Source: Caldisericia bacterium
Lineage (GTDB): Bacteria > Caldisericota > Caldisericia > JAAYUI01
DNA length: 64,000 nucleotides
Direction: 5' to 3'
NCBI GenBank assembly: GCA_963674785.1
Contig: OY771555.1
Location: 2,016,001 to 2,080,000, forward strand
The stretch's first letter is position 1, and every line of letters begins with the position of its first letter. The position numbers and the translations under genes are program-made. Below the pieces are notes generated by a model that saw only the letters and a program-made list of their open reading frames with translations, ran no database searches and was not told the DNA's origin. This document shows, in pieces, positions 58,159-64,000 of the stretch.

Positions 58159-59720
58159 TAACCAGCGGTGTATTCTCCCCAAAGCTCACGCATGAGACCA
58201 CAGATGTCACCGAGTGTCGCGTCAGCATCCACACACTCAATGATTGGATCCATGAGGTTTCCTGAACCCTTACAAACTTCTTTGAGATTTTCAAGTGATT
58301 CTTGAAGTTTTTTCTGATCTCTGCCATCTTTGAATTTTTTAAGTTCAGCGGCTCTGATGTCTTCATCGAGTCCAGCGCGGGGTGTGTCATCCATTGGGGG
58401 TTCTTCGGTTTGGAACTTGTTTACACCAACAACAACCTGGTCGCCGGATTCGACATCCATCTGATATTTGTAGGCGGATTTTGCAATTTCACTCTGGAAA
58501 TATCCCATCTCAAATGCTTTGAGGGTTCCACCAATTCTATTGATTCTGTCGAGGTAATCATAAACCTCTTTTTCAATTTTGTCTGTGAGCGACTCCACAT
58601 AGTATGAACCCGCAAGCGGGTCAACAGCATCTGTGACACCTGATTCAAAGGCAATCAGCTGCTGGGTTCTAAGAGCGATTGTTACAGACTCTTCAGTTGG
58701 AAGTGAGAGTGCCTCATCGTATGAGTTTGTGTGTAAACTCTGTGTTCCACCAAGAGCTGCTGCAAGTGCTTGGAATGCAACACGGATGATGTTATTTTTT
58801 GGTTGCTGTGCTGTGAGTGTTGAGCCACCGGTTTGTGTGTGGAATCTGAGAAGATATGATTTTGAATTCTCGGCGTTGTATTTTTCTTTCATCATCTTTG
58901 ACCAGATTCTTCTTGCGGCTCTAAATTTTGCGACTTCCTCAAGAAGATTGTTGTGGGAAGCAAAGAAGAACGAGAGTCTTGGTGCAAACTTGTCAACTGG
59001 AATTCCGCGACTGATGAGCTCATCAACATAAGCGAAAGCATCAGCAAACGTGAAAGCTAATTCCTGGGCTGTTGTTGAACCTGCCTCTCTGATATGGTAA
59101 CCAGAGATGGAAATAGTATTGAATTTTGGTAAGTGATTTGAAGCATATTCAATAAGATCACAGTTGAGCCTCATTGATGGTTCAACTGGATAGATGTAGT
59201 TTCCACGAGCAACGAACTCTTTGAGAATATCATTTTGCACAGTTCCTCTGATATTTGCAACGTTTCCACCCTGTTCTTTTGCGACTCTCATATACATGGC
59301 AAGAATCACTGTAGCAGATGCATTTATTGTCATTGATGTTGAAACATCCTCAAGTGGAATACCATTGAAAAGCTGTCTCATATCATCGATTGTTGAAACA
59401 GCAACTCCAACTTTTCCAACCTCACCTGAACTCATCTCGTGGTCAGAGTCATAACCCATCTGGGTTGGAAGGTCGAATGCTGTGGAAAGACCAGTTTGAC
59501 CTTTTTTCAGGAGAAGTTTAAAACGTTCGTTTGTTTCTTTTGCAGACGAAAATCCAGCATACTGCCTCATCGTCCAGAAACGACCGGTCGTATACATGGA
59601 AGGATAAACACCCCTTGTATATGGATAAGCTCCGGGATCATTCAGTTTCTCTTTATAGTCAAAACCACTCAGATCATCTGGGTTATAAAATGCTTTTTTT
59701 TCTTCGTCACTCATATCCAT
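58158..59720 (-). CDS. methylmalonyl-CoA mutase, substrate-binding large subunit (split type)
   Basis: PYTRG, WTMRQYAGF, QNDILKE, SISGYHIREAG, QSLHTN; no B12-binding DxHxxG domain. Confidence 0.92.
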   Translation of the reverse strand: MDMSDEEKKAFYNPDDLSGFDYKEKLNDPGAYPYTRGVYPSMYTTGRFWTMRQYAGFSSAKETNERFKLLLKKGQTGLSTAFDLPTQMGYDSDHEMSSGEVGKVGVAVSTIDDMRQLFNGIPLEDVSTSMTINASATVILAMYMRVAKEQGGNVANIRGTVQNDILKEFVARGNYIYPVEPSMRLNCDLIEYASNHLPKFNTISISGYHIREAGSTTAQELAFTFADAFAYVDELISRGIPVDKFAPRLSFFFASHNNLLEEVAKFRAARRIWSKMMKEKYNAENSKSYLLRFHTQTGGSTLTAQQPKNNIIRVAFQALAAALGGTQSLHTNSYDEALSLPTEESVTIALRTQQLIAFESGVTDAVDPLAGSYYVESLTDKIEKEVYDYLDRINRIGGTLKAFEMGYFQSEIAKSAYKYQMDVESGDQVVVGVNKFQTEEPPMDDTPRAGLDEDIRAAELKKFKDGRDQKKLQESLENLKEVCKGSGNLMDPIIECVDADATLGDICGLMRELWGEYTAG

Positions 59721-60646
59721 TCTCCTGACTCATTTCTTATCTTTTTTGTATCAGTTGTAATCTGGCCAATAAGCTCATCTCTATTTTCAAACTTGATTTG
59801 CCCTCTAATCATTTTCACAAATTCTATCTCAATTTCCTCATTATAACAGTCATCACTGTAGTCAAGCAAGTGTGCCTCAATACTCCTGTGGTCATCATCA
59901 AAAGTTGGTCTATTTCCAATGGAGACTGCTGATATATACTTGCTGCCTCTTACCTTTACAATACAACCATACACACCATTTACAGGAATAAGTTTGTGTT
60001 TAGATAAAATAGAAATATTAGCTGTTGGATAACCAAGTGTCTTTCCGACACCAGCACCACAGATTACAGTACCAGTTAAAGAGTAATTTCTTCCCAGCAT
60101 TCGATTTGCCGATTCTAAATCACCCGAATTTAGGAGGCAATCTCTTATTCGTGTTGACGAAATAGGCTTATCACCGAATACCTGGGAAGGCATAATCATC
60201 ACGGGTATTTCATGTTCTGATAAAATCTTCTCAAGAATATCTGGGTTTCCAGAGCCACCAACACCAAACCTGAATCCTGGTCCAACAATCACTTTTTTTG
60301 CATTCAATCTTTTTATTAGTATCTCAGAAGCAAAATCCTCTGGAGAAAGGTTTTTCAACCAATCAGTGAACTCAACCATAAAAACTCTCTGAATTCCCAT
60401 TTCAAAGAGAAGTTCACATTTCTCTTTTCTTGTTGTAAGATAACCTCTTGTTGGAATACTTTTTGTATACAGGGGACCATTAAATGTGAAAACTGATGGC
60501 ACAAGTTTTTTTTCTTCAGAAGTCTGCAACGCCTTATTTATAAGCTCTTTATGAGCGATGTGCACTCCATCAAAATACCCGAGAATAAAACATCCATTTT
60601 CAGTCGATTTTAAATCTTTTGGATCACCAACCCAAAGATTGCTCAT
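59711..60646 (-). CDS. ribF: bifunctional riboflavin kinase/FAD synthetase
   Basis: GYFDGVH, ISSTRIR, LGYPTAN, GNRPTF, EAHLLD. Confidence 0.95.
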   Translation of the reverse strand: MSNLWVGDPKDLKSTENGCFILGYFDGVHIAHKELINKALQTSEEKKLVPSVFTFNGPLYTKSIPTRGYLTTRKEKCELLFEMGIQRVFMVEFTDWLKNLSPEDFASEILIKRLNAKKVIVGPGFRFGVGGSGNPDILEKILSEHEIPVMIMPSQVFGDKPISSTRIRDCLLNSGDLESANRMLGRNYSLTGTVICGAGVGKTLGYPTANISILSKHKLIPVNGVYGCIVKVRGSKYISAVSIGNRPTFDDDHRSIEAHLLDYSDDCYNEEIEIEFVKMIRGQIKFENRDELIGQITTDTKKIRNESGEWI

Positions 60647-61533
60647 ATCAACCTTTCAGGGTAAAGCAAACCTGTTGAGACAACGAGTTTTCCGAGTCCA
60701 AATAAAGACTTATTGTAAACCATCCGAACAGTCCCAGTCCTGGCTGGTTTCCCATGAACCTGTACTGGATTTCCATTCATCAATTTCTTTGTCTGTTTTT
60801 CGACAATTTCAATTTCAGGAATGTGTTCAATTAAGTCTAAACCCTTAGTTAAAAATCTTTTTCTCAGCTCAAGAGTCTCACACTTTTCAATATCTGAAAT
60901 TGAATAACATTCAGAGATATCAAAATTGTTATCCTTTGTTCTTTCAAGAGAGGTCATGATAGCCCCACTCCCAGCCTCACTCCCAATATCAGAAATCAAT
61001 GACCTTACATATGTCCCTTTTGAGCATCTCAATGTGAACTTTCCAACACCCTTTCCCTGATCGTATTCATTCAAAATCAAAGATTTTATTTCTATTTTTG
61101 ATGGTTTTCTTGGAAGCTCTTCTCCTTCAAGTGCATATTTATAGAGTCTTTTTCCATCAATCTTTTTTGCGGAAAACATTGGTGGAATCTGATCAATTAG
61201 ACCAGAAAACTTCGACATGATGGATTCAATATGCTCTTTCGCTATCGATCCATCATATCCATGTTCGGTAACCTCTCCCCATTTATCATAGGTTGTTGAA
61301 GTTGAACCCAATTCAAATGTTGCAACATACGTCTTATCAGAAACCGGAAGATATGGAATAAGTTTTGTTGAGGCACCAACCATAACAAGCAAAACACCAG
61401 TTGCATTTTCATCAAGAGTACCAACATAACCACCCTTTTTTTCGCCAAAAAGCTTTTTGACAGCATCGGATAACTTGAAACTTGTTATCCCCATTGGTTT
61501 ATTGATAGGGATGGCACCCATTATTCTTCCCAT
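60643..61533 (-). CDS. truB: tRNA pseudouridine(55) synthase
   Basis: NKPMGITS, GTLD, PPMFSAKK, CSKGTYVRSL. Confidence 0.95.
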   Translation of the reverse strand: MGRIMGAIPINKPMGITSFKLSDAVKKLFGEKKGGYVGTLDENATGVLLVMVGASTKLIPYLPVSDKTYVATFELGSTSTTYDKWGEVTEHGYDGSIAKEHIESIMSKFSGLIDQIPPMFSAKKIDGKRLYKYALEGEELPRKPSKIEIKSLILNEYDQGKGVGKFTLRCSKGTYVRSLISDIGSEAGSGAIMTSLERTKDNNFDISECYSISDIEKCETLELRKRFLTKGLDLIEHIPEIEIVEKQTKKLMNGNPVQVHGKPARTGTVRMVYNKSLFGLGKLVVSTGLLYPERLI

Positions 61534-61536
61534 GAT

Positions 61537-62511
61537 TTATTTTTGAAGTTCCTTTGTAAGTTCGCCTATCAAGGTTTTTTCAATTTCTTCCCAGGTTCCT
61601 TCTAATGTCAGTCCAGCGGCGTTGATATGTCCGCCTCCGCCAAACTTTTTGGCAAACTCATTAAGAGCAATTTTTCCACGTCCACGCATGGAAATCCTAA
61701 ATTCACCTGGCTGATATTCCTTTCCAAGGATATAAACCTCCATACCTGCAAGTTTTCTCACTTCATCAATGATAAAATCCAAATCTGTTTTATTTGCACC
61801 CATCTTTACAATATCAACATTCTCAATTCGAGTGGAAACAAACATCCCATTTTCAGAAACCTTCATCCTTGATAGAGCAACCCCCAGAAGCTTTCTGTTT
61901 GCAATTGTTGCTCTCTCATAAACCATTTCAGATACATAAGAAATATCAACGCCTAACTCGACTAGCTCATAGGCAATCTCAAAGGTTTCCTTTGTTACAT
62001 TTGGATAATGGAATGAACCGGAATCGGTTAAAAGTCCTGTCATTACGGCATTTCCAGTAGAAACTGTGATTGGAAGTTTTGCAAGCTTTAGAATTTGATA
62101 TACAAGCTCTGATGCAGACGCTGTCTCTGGTTCAATGACAGCACTATAATTTGGATTAGCATTTATGCGATGATGGTCAATTACAATAACCTTTGCGTTA
62201 TCTGGAAAAGAATCCAACCCGCTTCGTTCAAAATGGGCAAAGTCGACAAAAATTGGTGTATAACCCTCACCGATATAACACCTCACCTCAGTCTCTTCGG
62301 TATTCATGATCTCATCAAAACCGGAAAGAAAATCAAATGACTTTGGGATTGGACGTGACCCAAAAACAAAGGCTTTTCTGCCTGATAGTTTCAAGCTTTC
62401 AGCCAATGAAAGTGCTGACCCAACGGTATCTCCATCAGGGTTTTTATGAGTAAGTATGATATACTTGTTGTTTTTTAATAGTTCTTCAGCTATCTGCTGC
62501 CTTGTCATCAT
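61537..62511 (-). CDS. nrnA: DHH family oligoribonuclease/PAP phosphatase
   Basis: HKNPDGD, IDHH, TDSGSF, GGGHINAAG. Confidence 0.9.
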   Translation of the reverse strand: MMTRQQIAEELLKNNKYIILTHKNPDGDTVGSALSLAESLKLSGRKAFVFGSRPIPKSFDFLSGFDEIMNTEETEVRCYIGEGYTPIFVDFAHFERSGLDSFPDNAKVIVIDHHRINANPNYSAVIEPETASASELVYQILKLAKLPITVSTGNAVMTGLLTDSGSFHYPNVTKETFEIAYELVELGVDISYVSEMVYERATIANRKLLGVALSRMKVSENGMFVSTRIENVDIVKMGANKTDLDFIIDEVRKLAGMEVYILGKEYQPGEFRISMRGRGKIALNEFAKKFGGGGHINAAGLTLEGTWEEIEKTLIGELTKELQK

Positions 62512-62854
62512 CTGATTCCTGTGATTGTTGAAGTAATCGCTCCAATTTTTCAGCCTTTGAAGGTGTTTCGTCGAACTTAAACCTTAAAAGAGGAAGAGAC
62601 CTTGTGTCAAGCTGCTTGTACAAGAACTTGGTTATTCTCTTCGAGCTTGCAGAAAGCACTTTGCTTGTTTTTTCTCTTTGAGAGGAAGATCCAAGGACAG
62701 AGTAAAAAACCGTGGCATACTTATCATCTTTGCTTATCTCAACATCAGTTATCGTTATAAACCCAAGTCGAGGATCATCAATGTGACGCCTAAATATTGT
62801 CGAGATTGCATTCTTTATAGCATTTTGAAGTCTTATCTTTCTAATACCGTTCAT
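62486..62854 (-). CDS. rbfA: ribosome-binding factor A
   Basis: DPRLGFITITDVEISKD..P.LRFKFD; follows infB. Confidence 0.92.
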   Translation of the reverse strand: MNGIRKIRLQNAIKNAISTIFRRHIDDPRLGFITITDVEISKDDKYATVFYSVLGSSSQREKTSKVLSASSKRITKFLYKQLDTRSLPLLRFKFDETPSKAEKLERLLQQSQESDDDKAADS

Positions 62855-62860
62855 GATTTC

Positions 62861-63151
62861 TTATCTTTGAATTATCTCCTTGCTGCAAATCTGAGCTTCA
62901 AATATACCATTCTCGGTTATCACCTCTTCAATCTTTTCCAAGGTCTTTGTCAATTCAACAGAACTTGTGTTTATTGAAACCACAGAAACAACAGCAACAT
63001 CATGGGAGTCCTGCATATCCGATTCAACCGCAGCACAATTGAAATTATTTCTCAACTTCATAAGGATTGGTCTTATGATGCTTCTTTTTCCTTTTAATGA
63101 ATGAACGCCATGAAGCCTTATCGACACCTCAAGAAGTCCTATTGAAGGCAC
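62861..63151 (-). CDS. DUF503 (YlxP-like) protein
   Basis: SLKGKRS..FNCAAVE; canonical position between infB and rbfA. Confidence 0.88.
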   Translation of the reverse strand: MPSIGLLEVSIRLHGVHSLKGKRSIIRPILMKLRNNFNCAAVESDMQDSHDVAVVSVVSINTSSVELTKTLEKIEEVITENGIFEAQICSKEIIQR

Positions 63152-63154
63152 AAA

Positions 63155-64000
63155 CTACTCTACCTCTTTAACCTCATAGAACTCAAGAATGTCACCAGTT
63201 TTTAGGTCTTCAAAATCCTTAAGTCGGATACCACACTCATATCCAGACTTAACCTCAGTGACGTCCTCCTTGAAGTGTTTTAGTGTTTCAACAGTTGATT
63301 CATGATGCATTACACGATTTCTCATAAGTTTGACTTTAGCATCACTTCTTGCTCTTCCCTCATGAACAAGACAACCAGCGATATTTCCGACACCACCAAT
63401 GTTGAAGATTTCTCTGACTTCAGCTTTACCGATAAGGATATCCTGGAATTCTGGTTTAACCATTCCCTTAAGAACATCAGTAACAGCATCTGTGAGCTCG
63501 AAAATAATATTATAGGTCATCAGGTTGATGCCTTTTTGTTTTGCAATCTTTTTCGTGCTAGGCTCAGGCAAAACGTTGAATCCAATCAAAAGAGCCTTTG
63601 ATGCCTCAGCAAGCAGAACGTCATTATCTCCAATAACACCGATACCCGAGTAGACAATGTTTACAGGGACATCTTTGAGTTTGATTTTTGAAAGTGCATA
63701 TCTTACAGCATCAAGAGAACCCTGGGAGTCTGTTTTGATAACAACATTGAGTTTTGTTGCTTCTTCCTGTTCATACGCAGCAAAGAGTTCATCAAGACTT
63801 GACGGTGTATTAACATCTTTTGCCTCAGGTTTTATTTCAATTGTTGCTTTCTTTTCGGTTTTTCTTCTTCTTGACTTATCTGAAGCAAGCATTACCTGAC
63901 CAGGTTTTGGTACCGAATCAAAACCCATAACTCTGACAGGAGACACGCATTCAGCCTTTTTTATCCTCTTGTCATGGTCATCATAGAGCGCTTTAACCCT
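63155..64000 (-). CDS. infB: translation initiation factor IF-2, C-terminal part (5' end outside the window)
   Basis: KTDSQGS, IGFNV, IAGCLV, LKHFKEDV..GYECGI. Confidence 0.95.
   Translation of the reverse strand, partial: RVKALYDDHDKRIKKAECVSPVRVMGFDSVPKPGQVMLASDKSRRRKTEKKATIEIKPEAKDVNTPSSLDELFAAYEQEEATKLNVVIKTDSQGSLDAVRYALSKIKLKDVPVNIVYSGIGVIGDNDVLLAEASKALLIGFNVLPEPSTKKIAKQKGINLMTYNIIFELTDAVTDVLKGMVKPEFQDILIGKAEVREIFNIGGVGNIAGCLVHEGRARSDAKVKLMRNRVMHHESTVETLKHFKEDVTEVKSGYECGIRLKDFEDLKTGDILEFYEVKEVE

Noticed and set aside
670-63899. Numerous 60-170-aa antisense or nested ORFs in the track
   Set aside because: They are shadows of well-supported genes, with no motifs or initiation signals.
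1-64000. CRISPR arrays, IS elements, prophage, rRNA, recoded stop codons
   Set aside because: I saw no regularly spaced repeats, transposase, integrase or phage genes, and the recognised genes translate to full length in code 11.

Overview
Low-GC (roughly 37% by eye) bacterial chromosomal segment made mostly of housekeeping genes: tdh-kbl, cysS-rlmB, rpsA, two tRNA-Pro, HU, gpsA, der, gatCAB, gap-pgk, coaX, dusB, methylmalonyl-CoA mutase/epimerase and the infB-rbfA-truB-ribF operon. I saw no CRISPR array, integrase or transposase. Three secreted proteins with copper-amine-oxidase-N (stalk) domains and the amino-acid-fermenting gene content suggest an anaerobe, possibly Caldisericota (inference only). 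Most interesting signals: (1) a ~2025-aa secreted protein with about 22 OB-fold-like repeats whose cysteines appear and disappear in pairs, implying disulfide-stapled modules, with related Cys-poor repeats in a nearby anti-sigma factor; (2) a tandem bulged-A hairpin leader resembling the pan RNA motif, upstream of an elongated PanT-like S component and a CoaX lacking two canonical residues; (3) sigma70 promoters 6-10 nt before SD-less start codons at up to eight operon heads, suggesting widespread leaderless translation; (4) a ComB / atypical FAD oxidoreductase / Fe-S protein / aldehyde dehydrogenase operon; (5) four paralogous 2-TM proteins inserted between gatA and gatB; (6) three tandem lipoprotein cyclophilins, two nearly identical and one probably inactive. 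All family calls come from motif recognition by eye; no searches were run.
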